From an uncultured Faecalibacterium sp. (GTDB taxonomy: Bacteria; Bacillota; Clostridia; Oscillospirales; Ruminococcaceae), in contig CAZYRD010000001.1 of the NCBI GenBank assembly GCA_964649475.1, positions 1-40,302 on the forward strand: a stretch of DNA of 40,302 bases, written 5' to 3'. The notes under the pieces were generated by a model. That model saw only the letters and a list, made by a program, of their open reading frames with translations, did no database searches and was not told the origin of the DNA. Both the position numbers and the translations under genes were made by a program. Positions 18,562-27,808 of the stretch are shown in pieces (positions within the stretch are counted from its first letter, which is position 1; the number at the start of each line of letters is the position of its first letter).

Positions 18562-19371
18562 ATGAGCACGCTTTACATGCAGAGATCCGTCACCGACACC
18601 ATCTGCCTTTCGCTTATTTTCAAAGACGGCGAAAAAGTGGTGGTGTTTGACGGCGGTTTTGCCAGCGAGGGCGAAAGCCTTGCCGCCAAGCTGAACGAGC
18701 TGGGCGGCTGCGTGGATATCTGGGTGCTGACCCACCCCCACGACGACCACATGGGTGCGCTGTGCCACGTTCTGCAGCACCACCCCGAGATCACGGTGAA
18801 GACCGCCTGCTACAATTTTCTGCCCTATGAGCTGATCTGCCAGCACACCCACAGCGACCCCAACTCGCTTGCGATGATCCCCCTTGTGCCGAAGCTTTGC
18901 CGGGCGCGGGGCGTGCGCATCGTCACCCCGCAGGCGGGGGACACCTACCCGCTGGCGGAGGCGGTGCTGCGCTGCCTGCGCCAGCCCGACCCTGCCCTGA
19001 CCGAGGACCAGATCAACAATTCCAGCACGGTGTGGCGCATTGAAACAAACGGCAAACGGGTGCTGATCTTAGGGGATCTGGGTTTTCTGGCGGGGGAACA
19101 GCTTGCCGCCGCCCTGCCCGCCGCCGAGCTGAAAAGCGATTACGTCCAGATGGCGCACCACGGCCAGAACGGCGCCGGGCCGAACCTGTATAACCTTATC
19201 GACCCGGACTACTGCATCTGGTGCACCCCCACATGGGTGTGGGACAATGTGGGCGAGGGCGGTTACGACACCGGCCCGTTCAAGACCGTCATCACCCGCG
19301 GCTGGATGAGCGCACTTGGCATAAAGCGGCATTACGTGGACAAGGACGGCCCCTTTGCCATCGAGCTGTAA
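18562..19371 (+). CDS. MBL-fold metallo-hydrolase
   Basis: HPHDDHMGAL (HxHxDH) motif. RBS AAGGAG lies before the ATG at 18562. Confidence 0.8.
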   Translation: MSTLYMQRSVTDTICLSLIFKDGEKVVVFDGGFASEGESLAAKLNELGGCVDIWVLTHPHDDHMGALCHVLQHHPEITVKTACYNFLPYELICQHTHSDPNSLAMIPLVPKLCRARGVRIVTPQAGDTYPLAEAVLRCLRQPDPALTEDQINNSSTVWRIETNGKRVLILGDLGFLAGEQLAAALPAAELKSDYVQMAHHGQNGAGPNLYNLIDPDYCIWCTPTWVWDNVGEGGYDTGPFKTVITRGWMSALGIKRHYVDKDGPFAIEL

Positions 19372-19379
19372 ACAGACGC

Positions 19380-19420
19380 AAAAAACCGAACCTCTGCACC
19401 GGCAAAGGTTCGGTTTTTTT
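19380..19420. terminator. Bidirectional terminator between convergent genes
   Basis: AAAAAA-CCGAACCT-loop-AGGTTCGG-TTTTTTT. Confidence 0.7.
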
Positions 19421-19442
19421 CGTTTTGATGCGGAGGAACGGG

Positions 19443-20252
19443 CTATTTCAAATAGCCGGTGCCGCAGTTCAGGTGCCCGCCTGCCAGCATAAGCGCTTTA
19501 ATGGCACGCTGCAGACTGGTGTGCTCGGCGTATTCGCCGACCGGGGTACCCGGCTGCGCGTGAAAGACGTAGCCCACGCAGTCGTCCGGCGGGCCGTCCT
19601 CCTCGATGACGGCAAACCGGTTCTGGAAGCGGAGGATGCCCGAGTCTTCCGGCAGCATCTCCCGCAGCCTGGGCGCCAGCAGCCAGGAATGGCAGCGGAA
19701 GCGGTCGCCCGCACGCTCGGGGAAATATTTTGCAAAAAACTCCCGTGCGCCGGTGATGCTGACGTCCAGATTTTCTTCGGTGAGCACGGCGGTGGAGGGG
19801 ATGTGGACGGATATCCAGCTTTCGCCGTCGCGGTCCACCGGCTCGTATTCCAGCATACCGATGCGGAACATCCGCATACCGGCAAGGCGGCAGGTCCAGC
19901 CGCTGCCCTCGTAATACCAGCCGCCGGTCATGGCATGGACGTCCTCGCACACCTTGCGGATGGCACCCATGGTGTCCAGAAAAACTTTTTCCGGAATGCC
20001 CTTAGCCGCAAAAACCGCGTGGTTGCGCGCAATGGCCAGCAGAATACAGGTCAGCAGCGGAATGTTGGCGGGCGCGGCCCAGCGGAATTTTTCCAGCAGC
20101 TTTTCCATGGCGGCAAGCGTGGTTTCGGGCATGCGCAGCTCTTCGATCAGCTCTTCCAGCGAAGCCACGTCATACGCCGCCATAAACGAGTCGATCTGTG
20201 CCGTCATCTCGGGCTGCAGGTCGATCTTTTGGCACAGTTCCTTCAGTTCCAT
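19443..20252 (-). CDS. Conserved protein, probably an acyltransferase-domain (GNAT-like C-terminal) family member; function uncertain
   Basis: Clean 269-aa ORF with RBS AAGGAGAA. The family call rests on my recollection of similar Clostridial proteins (FRIGMLEYEP region) and has not been verified. Confidence 0.6.
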   Translation of the reverse strand: MELKELCQKIDLQPEMTAQIDSFMAAYDVASLEELIEELRMPETTLAAMEKLLEKFRWAAPANIPLLTCILLAIARNHAVFAAKGIPEKVFLDTMGAIRKVCEDVHAMTGGWYYEGSGWTCRLAGMRMFRIGMLEYEPVDRDGESWISVHIPSTAVLTEENLDVSITGAREFFAKYFPERAGDRFRCHSWLLAPRLREMLPEDSGILRFQNRFAVIEEDGPPDDCVGYVFHAQPGTPVGEYAEHTSLQRAIKALMLAGGHLNCGTGYLK

Positions 20253-20333
20253 ACGGGTTCTCCTTACAGCTTCTTCTTTTTCCGCGCGGCGGCTTTTTTC
20301 CGTTGCGGTCCGTGCAGCAGAGTGTGCGCCGCG

Positions 20334-21065
20334 TCAGGGCAGGATGACGCTGTCCCCCAGCTCAAACAGATAGTCGCCGCTTTTCAGCAGGGCGGCAAGC
20401 TCGAAGGAGTTTTGCGGCAGCGCCGCAAAACGGGTGGCGCACAGGCCGTGGTGCCCGGGGTGGTGGTAGTCGGTGCCGAGGGTGAACGGAAGATTTTTTC
20501 CGGCATAGTGCTGCGCGGCCAGCGCAAGGCGGCTGTTGTGGTTTGGGTGCATGTTGAACACCTCGACGCCGTCCAGCAGGGCCGCGTCCAGCGGGGTGCA
20601 GCCGGCGCGGAAGGGATGCGCCTGCACGAAAAAGCTTTTTTCGCTTTTGCAGTCCCGTACAAAGATCGCGGGGTCGGCGTCCAGATAATCGTAGATCTGT
20701 CGCAGCATGGGCTCGTCCACGCCGTAGATGAGGTAGTCGCTGTCACCCAGATGGCTCCAGCGAAGCTCGGCGCCCAGCCACACCGGCATGCCAAGCTTTG
20801 CACCCTCCTCGCAGGCGGCGCGGTAATTTTCAAAATACATGGCAAGGTATTTTTCCTTGTCCATCTCGCCGAGGATCTGCTGCGACAGCAGCGGGAAGAA
20901 ATGGTTGGTGAGCGCCATGCCGTGGCAGCCTGCGGCGTGGAAAATGCGCACCACCTCGGCGGCGGGCAGGTCGCCGCAGGGCGACGCCGGGCTGCAGTGA
21001 GCGTGCAGTTCAACTTTATAGCGGTACTGCTGCAGCAGTTGGGCTTTCAATTCCGGATGTTGCAT
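20334..21065 (-). CDS. PHP domain phosphoesterase
   Basis: ELHAHCSPAS (HxH) at the N-terminus, further His/Asp ligand motifs (TNHFF, YHHPGHHG). RBS AAGGAG. Confidence 0.75.
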   Translation of the reverse strand: MQHPELKAQLLQQYRYKVELHAHCSPASPCGDLPAAEVVRIFHAAGCHGMALTNHFFPLLSQQILGEMDKEKYLAMYFENYRAACEEGAKLGMPVWLGAELRWSHLGDSDYLIYGVDEPMLRQIYDYLDADPAIFVRDCKSEKSFFVQAHPFRAGCTPLDAALLDGVEVFNMHPNHNSRLALAAQHYAGKNLPFTLGTDYHHPGHHGLCATRFAALPQNSFELAALLKSGDYLFELGDSVILP

Positions 21066-21112
21066 GGGAAGAGTTCTCCTTTTGGCTTAGGGATGGCGCG
21101 GCAGCGCGGGTC

Positions 21113-22372
21113 TCAGCGGATGTGCCCGCTGCCTTTGATCACATATTTATAGGTGGTCAGCTCGGCAAGGCCCATGGGGCCGCGGGCGTGCAGCTTCTGG
21201 GTGGAAATGCCCATCTCGCAGCCGAGACCGAATTCGCCGCCGTCGGTAAAACGGGTGGAGGCGTTGACATACACTGCGGCGGAGTCCACCTGACGGGTGA
21301 ACAGCGCGGCGCTGCGGGTGCTGCGGGTGAGGATGGCCTCGCTGTGGTGGGTGGAATGGGCGTTGATGTGGGCGACGGCCTCTTCCACGCTTTCCACCAC
21401 GCGCACGGCGAGGACGTGGTCCAGAAATTCGGTGTCGAAATCCGCTTCGCCGGCGGGGGTGCCCGGAATGACGGCGGCAGCGGCGGCGTCCAGGCGCAGC
21501 TCCACCGGCACAAGGCCCGCGGCAACGCGCCTGTCCACCAGCGCCTCTTTCACGGCGGGCAGCAGTACGGCGGCAAGCTCTTTATGCACCAGCAGCACCT
21601 CGGCGGCGTTGCACACCGAGGGCCGGCTGGTTTTGGCGTTTTCGATGATGCGCACCGCGGCTTCCACGTCGGCGCTTTTGTCGGCGTAAATATGGCAGAT
21701 GCCCTGTCCCGTCTGGATGCAGGGCACGGTGGCGTTTTCCACACAGGCGCGGATGAGCCCGCCGCCCCCGCGGGGGATGAGCAGATCCACCAGACCGTCG
21801 GCGGTCATCAGGGTCTGCGCGGCGGCGCGGGTGGTGTCCTCCACCAGATTGATAAGCTGCGCCGGAAGCCCGCAGGCGGCAAGACCCTTGTGCAGCGCGG
21901 CCACCACGGCGGCAGCGCTGGCGTGGGCCTCCTTACCACTTTTCAGCACGCAGACGTTGCCGCTTTTCAGTGCAAGGCCCGCGGCGTCGGAGGTGACGTT
22001 GGGGCGGCTTTCGTAAATGATGGCCACCACGCCCATGGGCACGGCGATCTTTTCAATGCGCAGGCCGTCGGCGCGGGTGTGCTTTGCCAGCACCCGGCCC
22101 AGCGGCGAGGGCAGCGCGCACAGTGCTTCCAGCCCGGCAGCCATGCTCTCCACACGGGCGGCGTTCAGCTGCAGGCGGTCCACCATCACGGGGCCAAGAC
22201 GGTCTGCGGCGGCGGCCACGTCCAGTGCGTTGGCGGCCAGAATGGCGTCGGTGTCCGCGCGCAGCGCATTTGCCATGGCTCGCAGCGCGGCATTTTGCTC
22301 TTCGGTGTTCAGCGCGGCGGCCGCCGGACAGGCGGCCTTTGCCCCGCGCAGCATCTGCAGGGTGTCCATCAT
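21113..22372 (-). CDS. proA: Glutamate-5-semialdehyde dehydrogenase
   Basis: Full-length similarity to ProA, e.g. NASTRFTDGGEFGLGCEMGISTQKLHARGPMGL. Overlaps proB by ATGA. Confidence 0.95.
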   Translation of the reverse strand: MMDTLQMLRGAKAACPAAAALNTEEQNAALRAMANALRADTDAILAANALDVAAAADRLGPVMVDRLQLNAARVESMAAGLEALCALPSPLGRVLAKHTRADGLRIEKIAVPMGVVAIIYESRPNVTSDAAGLALKSGNVCVLKSGKEAHASAAAVVAALHKGLAACGLPAQLINLVEDTTRAAAQTLMTADGLVDLLIPRGGGGLIRACVENATVPCIQTGQGICHIYADKSADVEAAVRIIENAKTSRPSVCNAAEVLLVHKELAAVLLPAVKEALVDRRVAAGLVPVELRLDAAAAAVIPGTPAGEADFDTEFLDHVLAVRVVESVEEAVAHINAHSTHHSEAILTRSTRSAALFTRQVDSAAVYVNASTRFTDGGEFGLGCEMGISTQKLHARGPMGLAELTTYKYVIKGSGHIR

Positions 22373-23142
22373 GCGTGTTTTCCTCCCAGAAACAGGGTGC
22401 CGAAGCTTTCGCCGTCCAGCAGACGGTACAAAATCTCCGGGTCGGCGCCGTTGGCGATGATCATATCAATGCCGGCGGCGGCGCAGCGCTTTGCCGCGCC
22501 CAGCTTGGTGACCATGCCGCCGGTGCCAAGGCTGCTGCCCGCGCAGCCGGCCAGCGCTTCGATCTCCGGCGTGACGGCCTCCACCACCGGAATGAGCTGT
22601 GCGTCGGGGTGGGTGTGGGGATCGGCGGTGTACAGGCCGTCGATGTCCGACAGCAGCACCAGCAGGTCCGCCGAGGCCGCGCCCGCCACAATGGCGGCAA
22701 GGGTGTCGTTGTCGCCCACGGCGATCTCATGCGTGGCGACGGTGTCGTTTTCGTTGACGATGGGCAGCGCGCCCAGCTCCAGCAGGCGTTCCAGCGTGTT
22801 GTGGATATTTTGCAGACGTTCGGGGTCTTCCACGTCCGCGCCGGTCAGCAGCAGCTGCGCCACCACGTGGTTATATTCGCCGAAAAGCTTGTCGTAGGTG
22901 TACATCAGCTCACACTGGCCCACCGCGGCGGCAGCCTGCTTGGTGGGCATATCGGTGGGGCGGCCCGGCAGCGAAAGCTTGCCCACGCCCATGCCGATGG
23001 CACCGGAGGATACCAGCACCACCTGATGCCCTGCGTTTTTGATATCGCTGAGCACGAGGCACAGCGCCGTGATGCGCCGGATGTTGACCCGGCCGGTGGA
23101 GTGCGTGAGCGTGGAGGTGCCCACTTTGATAACGATGCGCAT
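22369..23142 (-). CDS. proB: Glutamate 5-kinase (short form without PUA domain)
   Basis: MRIVIKVGTSTLTH...VVLVSSGAIGMG. 257 aa. RBS AGGAGGA lies before the ATG at 23142. Confidence 0.92.
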   Translation of the reverse strand: MRIVIKVGTSTLTHSTGRVNIRRITALCLVLSDIKNAGHQVVLVSSGAIGMGVGKLSLPGRPTDMPTKQAAAAVGQCELMYTYDKLFGEYNHVVAQLLLTGADVEDPERLQNIHNTLERLLELGALPIVNENDTVATHEIAVGDNDTLAAIVAGAASADLLVLLSDIDGLYTADPHTHPDAQLIPVVEAVTPEIEALAGCAGSSLGTGGMVTKLGAAKRCAAAGIDMIIANGADPEILYRLLDGESFGTLFLGGKHA

Positions 23143-23182
23143 AACGTATCCTCCTGTTTTATTTGTGCGGTATTTGACATTC

Positions 23183-23211
23183 AGTATAGCACCGCGGCCG
23201 CGGATGTGCAA
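23183..23211 (-). promoter_or_regulatory. Sigma-70-like promoter of proBA
   Basis: Minus strand: TTGCAC, 17 nt, TATACT. Confidence 0.5.
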
Positions 23212-23212
23212 C

Positions 23213-23249
23213 AAAAAACGCAGCGGTTTTTTGCACCGCTGCGCTTTTT
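23213..23249 (-). terminator. Terminator after the bactofilin gene
   Basis: Minus strand: CGCAGCGG-loop-CCGCTGCG followed by TTTTTTG. Confidence 0.65.
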
Positions 23250-23280
23250 CCTCATTATTTTTTTACCGGCCAAGCTGTTT

Positions 23281-23877
23281 TCAGGCCTTTTTGCCGCGGC
23301 CCTTCATGTTGATGGCACCGCTGATGACGGCGCCCTGCGCCATGGTCATGGTGGAGGTGGAGATGTTGCCTTCCACAACGGCGTTGGTGTCCAGCGCAAA
23401 GTTGTTCTTTACGTCCACGTCACCGTTGATGTTGCCGGAGCACAGCAGGTCGCTGGCAAAGACGTTGCCGGTGACGGTGGTGCCGTTGCTGAGGATGACG
23501 GCATCCTTAACACGGACGTCGCCCACGACGCCCGCGGCGATGACATGCAGGCTGCCGGCGGAAACGTTGCCCTGCACTAGGCTGCGCACAACGATCTTGC
23601 CGTCGGTGGTGATATCGCCTTTCAGCTCGCCGGCGATCTCCACATCGCCCTTGGCGGTCAGCTTGCCTTCCAGTACAGTGCCGGGGGCCAGAAAGGTGAC
23701 GGGGACGGTTTCGGCAACCGGCGCAGCCGGCTTGGGCTGCTCAACGGGGGCAGCCTTGGGCTGCTCGGCAGGGGCGGCCGGCTTTGCTGCAGGTTCCGCA
23801 GCGGGTGCCTTACCTACGCCGAACATTTCGTACATCGCCTGATTCAGATTGTCCTTCTTGCTCTCTTTCTTGCTCAT
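23281..23877 (-). CDS. Bactofilin family cytoskeletal protein with a Pro/Ala-rich N-terminal region
   Basis: Repetitive beta-helix pattern G.V.G.L.A.GDVEIAGELKGDI..DGKIVV...V.GNV is typical of bactofilin. Confidence 0.85.
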   Translation of the reverse strand: MSKKESKKDNLNQAMYEMFGVGKAPAAEPAAKPAAPAEQPKAAPVEQPKPAAPVAETVPVTFLAPGTVLEGKLTAKGDVEIAGELKGDITTDGKIVVRSLVQGNVSAGSLHVIAAGVVGDVRVKDAVILSNGTTVTGNVFASDLLCSGNINGDVDVKNNFALDTNAVVEGNISTSTMTMAQGAVISGAINMKGRGKKA

Positions 23878-23902
23878 GGATCCTCTCGCTCACTTTCTCT
23901 GT

Positions 23903-24865
23903 TTATTCCGGATAACTGAACAGGATGGGCTGCGTGTCCGCAGTCAGCCGATCCAGTTTGAAACCCATTTCCAACAGTCCGTCGATCATGGCAGGCAGTG
24001 CTTCCACAGTGGTGTATTTATAGGTCGAATCGTGCATCAGCACAACGCCGCGGGATTTGCCGGCCGCGGGGCCGACCACGTTGGCGACGATCTGCGCCGC
24101 AGGCACCGGCGTGGAGGCAGCGTCCGCACTGGCAAGGTTCCAGTCGTGCGGCACAAAACCGCGGCGCAGCATCTCGGCGATGATCTCCTGATAGAGAGTA
24201 TGGTTATAGGCGTTGACGCTGCCGCCCGCAAAGCGGAACACCGTGGGCGTGACGCCGGTGGTATCCCGGATCTGGGTGAAGATCTGATACATATCCGCCA
24301 GATACGCTTCCACCGAAGCGTACATGGTCTTGTAATCATGCGAATAAGTATGCATGCCAATGGTATGCCCTTCGGCCACGATATCCCGCATATACTGCAG
24401 GTTTTCCTCTTTGGTCTGGCCCACCACAAAAAAGGTGGCTTTGACGTCTTTTTCACGCAGGATCTGCAGCACCTCGGGGGTGCGGTCCGACGGGCCGTCG
24501 TCAAAGGTCAGGTAGATGACGCCCTCCTCGCAGGTGGAGGCGTTCAGCTCCTGCGGGGCGTAAAAATCGGGGTACAGCTTCTGGTACTCCATGGCGGCGC
24601 CCTCCAGCGCGGGGGCGATCTCCTCCTCGTGTACCCCCTCGGTCAGCACGACCTCCGAAGCGGCTTCCAGCGCAGCCAGATGATCCAGCTCCTCCCGGTA
24701 TTCCATCGCCTGCTGCTCCAGCTGCGTGGCAAGCTGTTGGTTCTCCTTCCGCTGGCTGCTCAGCTGCAGGCCCCAGCGCACGGCAAGCACGGTGGGCACG
24801 GTGATCAGGATGATGACGGCCAGCAGTATCATATTTTTAAAAAAACGAACGCTTCCAAAATACAT
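23903..24865 (-). CDS. Polysaccharide deacetylase (NodB homology) with N-terminal TM and coiled-coil
   Basis: VIYLTFDDGPSDRTPEVLQIL...ATFFVVG and HTYSH motifs. The ATG at 24865 is preferred over the GTG at 24916, which has no RBS. Confidence 0.8.
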   Translation of the reverse strand: MYFGSVRFFKNMILLAVIILITVPTVLAVRWGLQLSSQRKENQQLATQLEQQAMEYREELDHLAALEAASEVVLTEGVHEEEIAPALEGAAMEYQKLYPDFYAPQELNASTCEEGVIYLTFDDGPSDRTPEVLQILREKDVKATFFVVGQTKEENLQYMRDIVAEGHTIGMHTYSHDYKTMYASVEAYLADMYQIFTQIRDTTGVTPTVFRFAGGSVNAYNHTLYQEIIAEMLRRGFVPHDWNLASADAASTPVPAAQIVANVVGPAAGKSRGVVLMHDSTYKYTTVEALPAMIDGLLEMGFKLDRLTADTQPILFSYPE

Positions 24866-25366
24866 ACGAGCTTTTTCTCTTTCTGTATGATCGGCAGCCG
24901 TGTTTGGGATCGACACAGCAACGCATCGGCCGGCGAAAAATCCAACACTGCGCGCTATTCATTATTATAACAAACCATATTCAAAAAGTCCATGAAAATG
25001 TACCGGAAAACCGCATTCTTTCATGATTCCGACGCTTTTTGTATTCTGTCTGAAAAACACAAACACCGCTTTGCCAAATTCATTTACTGCCTGTACAAAA
25101 TACCATTTTACATTATACAGCAAATCTTGGCCAAAAACGCCGGACGGCGTGAAAGGTCGTTTTTTCGGCGCGAATGGTAAAAAAGCATGTTTTTTGCCGA
25201 ACCGATGCGGCCCCATCTACGGGATGGATAACAAAAAAGCAGCAGTACCATAAAGGTATTTCGGAAAACCCGGGGCCGGTACGGGGGGATCGAATGCAAA
25301 CGCCGCCTGCGGCATATTTGCCCCGCAGACCTTCGGTCTGCAGTTTTACTTGCGGGGCGGAAAACC

Positions 25367-25406
25367 AAAAAAACCAGAAGCATCACAAGGATGTTTCTGG
25401 TTTTTT
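25367..25406 (-). terminator. Candidate terminator of the tRNA operon
   Basis: AAAAAAACCAGAA-15 nt loop-TTCTGGTTTTTTT directly after tRNA-Glu. The loop is long, so confidence is moderate. Confidence 0.45.
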
Positions 25407-25481
25407 TGGTGACCCGTACGGGAATCGAACCCATGTTCCCGCCGTGAAAGGGCGGTGTCTTGACCGCTTGACCAACGGGCC
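25407..25481 (-). tRNA. tRNA-Glu (anticodon UUC), CCA encoded
   Basis: Minus strand: GGCCCGTTGGTCAAGCGGTCAAGACACCGCCCTTTCACGGCGGGAACATGGGTTCGATTCCCGTACGGGTCACCA. Cloverleaf with anticodon loop CTTTCAC. Confidence 0.95.
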
Positions 25482-25567
25482 GTTAATCAAATACTCAGAA
25501 AGCCTTGCCAAGCCTCACACCGCTTACTATTGCAAGCACGCTTCGCAATACTCTCTGAGTTTTGACG

Positions 25568-25644
25568 TGGTGGCGGTAGTGGGATTTGAACCTACGACAA
25601 ACCGGGTATGAACCGGGTGCTCTAGCCAGCTGAGCTATACCGCC
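25568..25644 (-). tRNA. tRNA-Met (anticodon CAU, elongator-like; Ile2/lysidine identity not excluded), CCA encoded
   Basis: Minus strand: GGCGGTATAGCTCAGCTGGCTAGAGCACCCGGTTCATACCCGGTTTGTCGTAGGTTCAAATCCCACTACCGCCACCA. Confidence 0.9.
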
Positions 25645-25666
25645 AAATATTATGCATCCCGGAAGA

Positions 25667-25695
25667 ATGCTTTATTATTATAAGGGATAAGGTGC
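25667..25695 (-). promoter_or_regulatory. Consensus sigma-70 promoter of the tRNA-Met/tRNA-Glu operon
   Basis: Minus strand: TTGACA, 17 nt, TATAAT. The -10 box ends about 22 nt upstream of the mature tRNA-Met 5' end. Confidence 0.7.
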
Positions 25696-25732
25696 GCTTT
25701 GTCAAGAGTTTTTTTCAGAAAATTGCAAAAAC

Positions 25733-25780
25733 CCCAAAAAAACAAAACCGGAGCGGCTGCAAAAACTACAACCGCTCCGG
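25733..25780 (-). terminator. Terminator after the SGNH hydrolase gene
   Basis: Minus strand: CCGGAGCGG-loop-CCGCTCCGG followed by TTTTGTTTTTTT. Confidence 0.65.
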
Positions 25781-25824
25781 CGTGTACCGGATTTCACCCG
25801 AAAACCGGTTTTTTCCTTTTTGAA

Positions 25825-26907
25825 TTACAGCTTCAGCAGCTTGCGGATGCGGGGCTCCATGGCGTGTGCCATGCGCCAGAAGCCCAGATCGTTGGGGTGG
25901 CAGCCGTCCACGGTGCAGGAATCCCAGTCCGCGCCCGCGAACAGCTCCTCGCCGTCCAGATACAGGATGTTTTCGTCCCCTTCGGCCTGCAGCGTCTCCA
26001 CGTTTTTGCGGATCAGGTCACGCCGCGCATGCCAGAAATCCGGATCGCCCAGCAGGATATCCGGTGCGCTGACCACCAGAATGGGCAGCGTGGGCTGCGC
26101 CGCGCGCACGGTGCGCAGCAGATTCATGTGGGTGGCCTCCAGATGCTCGTAACTGGGGGCGTTGTGGTCGTAGTCGCAGACGAAAATGCCCATCTCCAGC
26201 CCGGCAATGTAGTCGCAGATGACCTGCTCGCCCCGGCCGGAGCCGGAAAAACCCAGATTGATATAGTCCATCTGCAGGCGGCGGGACAGAATGGCCTGAT
26301 AGCTGTTGCCGGGGCGGCTGGCGCAGCCGCCCTGCGTGATGGAGCTGCCGTAGAACACCGCAGGCTTTGCGTTGGCGTAGGCCGGAGCTGTCAGCAGCGA
26401 GGCGTCCTTTTTCAGGCCGACGTACACCGCCTGCACGTTGTCATACAGAGGGAAGTTGACGGTGTATTCGCCCATGGAGGCCGGCGTGGGCAGCAGCGAG
26501 GAATACCCCTCTTTCATGCCCACCGGCGGCCGGAAGGTACGCACATAAATATCCTCACCGCTTCCGTTTTTGCGGTACAGGTCAAAACCGGACTGCCCGC
26601 ACAGGGTCAGGTGGTCGTTGGCGGGCTCGTTTTTCATTTCGGCGTGGATGGCGATGCAGGGCGAGTCGGTGCAGAAGCGCACGCGGCCGCCCGCGGTGTT
26701 TTTATTCAGATGCGCCACACCCTCGTTGGTGGCGTCGGCAACGCTTTGCGGCATGCGCACATAGGTGCCCTGCGCTTCGTCAAAGCTGACGCCGTGCAGT
26801 ACAAACGGCGCTTCGCGCACGTCCAGCCAGACGAGATCCGGCTCGTCGATGGTGGTGTTCACCACCATGTTTTTATCAAAATCGGCTACACCTTTGCGGG
26901 TCTCCAT
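25825..26907 (-). CDS. SGNH/GDSL family hydrolase with an N-terminal beta-sandwich-like domain
   Basis: Block I FYGSSITQG and C-terminal DGCHPND (catalytic Asp/His). RBS AGGAGG lies before the ATG at 26907. The 138-codon upstream extension in the ORF track was rejected. Confidence 0.8.
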   Translation of the reverse strand: METRKGVADFDKNMVVNTTIDEPDLVWLDVREAPFVLHGVSFDEAQGTYVRMPQSVADATNEGVAHLNKNTAGGRVRFCTDSPCIAIHAEMKNEPANDHLTLCGQSGFDLYRKNGSGEDIYVRTFRPPVGMKEGYSSLLPTPASMGEYTVNFPLYDNVQAVYVGLKKDASLLTAPAYANAKPAVFYGSSITQGGCASRPGNSYQAILSRRLQMDYINLGFSGSGRGEQVICDYIAGLEMGIFVCDYDHNAPSYEHLEATHMNLLRTVRAAQPTLPILVVSAPDILLGDPDFWHARRDLIRKNVETLQAEGDENILYLDGEELFAGADWDSCTVDGCHPNDLGFWRMAHAMEPRIRKLLKL

Positions 26908-27022
26908 ACATTCAGCCTCCTCTTTTTGCTTTGGCTTCAGTATAACGCAGTTTGCGGCGGCTTGCAAGAGGGCGGCCGCTTCTGCTATACTGTTTTTAAG
27001 AAAAAACAACGGGAGGCGCGTC

Positions 27023-27808
27023 ATGGACGCTTTGTACAACACAGGGTACGCCGGGCTGCTGCGGGAGTTTACCGCCATGTGCCGGACGGTGCTGGGGAAT
27101 GAGCTTATGGGGGTATACCTGCACGGTTCGGCGGCATTCGGCTGTTTTGACGCCCGCCGCAGCGATCTGGACCTGATCGTGGTGGTGGAAAACCCGCTGC
27201 CGGACGCCGCCAAACGGGAATTTCTGCGCAGGCTTCTGCCGCTGGACGAAAAAGCGCCTCCCAAAGGCTTTGAACTGAGCATTATACGGCGCGGCGTGTG
27301 CAGCCCGTTCCTCTTCCCCACGCCTTACGAGTTCCACTTTTCCCACGCGTGGAAAGCCCTTGCCCTGCGCGATCCGGAGGAATATCTGCGGCAGCTGCAG
27401 GGGGTCGACCCCGACCTTGCGGCGCATTTTACCGTAACGCGGCATTGCGGCATAACGCTTTACGGACATGATATCCCGGAGATTTTTGCGCCTGTGCCGC
27501 CCGAATGTTATACAGAAAGTATTATTTGTGATATTAACAACGCTGAGGAAGATATCTTGCGGGATCCGGTGTACATAACGCTGAATCTTTGCCGGGTACT
27601 GGGCTGGCTGCGGGAAAGAAAGATCCTTTCCAAGCAGGGCGGCGGCGAGTGGGGGCTGGCGCAATTGCCCGCGGAGTTTTATGCCATCGTACACTATGCG
27701 CTGACCCGTTACACCCAACCTGAGGCGGAGCTTCCCTCCCCTTCCGCTGCGGAACCGGAAGCTTTTGCCGGGTACATGCTGAAAGAGATCCGCGCCGCGC
27801 GGGGGTGA
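27023..27808 (+). CDS. Nucleotidyltransferase of the aminoglycoside adenylyltransferase (ANT(3'')/ANT(9), DUF4111) type
   Basis: LHGSAAFGCFDARRSDLDLIVVV nucleotidyltransferase motif plus a C-terminal helical domain collinear with AadA-like proteins. RBS GGGAGG lies before the ATG at 27023. Confidence 0.75.
   Translation: MDALYNTGYAGLLREFTAMCRTVLGNELMGVYLHGSAAFGCFDARRSDLDLIVVVENPLPDAAKREFLRRLLPLDEKAPPKGFELSIIRRGVCSPFLFPTPYEFHFSHAWKALALRDPEEYLRQLQGVDPDLAAHFTVTRHCGITLYGHDIPEIFAPVPPECYTESIICDINNAEEDILRDPVYITLNLCRVLGWLRERKILSKQGGGEWGLAQLPAEFYAIVHYALTRYTQPEAELPSPSAAEPEAFAGYMLKEIRAARG

Noticed and set aside
16197-18569. 790-aa minus-strand ORF
   Set aside because: It is antisense to glnN, which has clear GSIII motifs, an RBS and a promoter. 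This is a shadow ORF.
22862-22871. ACCACGTGGT palindrome considered as a second parS
   Set aside because: Only the central 8-10 bp match, and the flanks do not fit TGTTNCACGTGNAACA. It lies inside proB.
24965-25216. 83-aa minus-strand ORF (plus 25108-25434 and 25174-25611) in the low-GC block near the tRNAs
   Set aside because: There is no RBS, no recognisable family, and the ORFs overlap hairpins, the terminator and the tRNA genes. The region is treated as non-coding.
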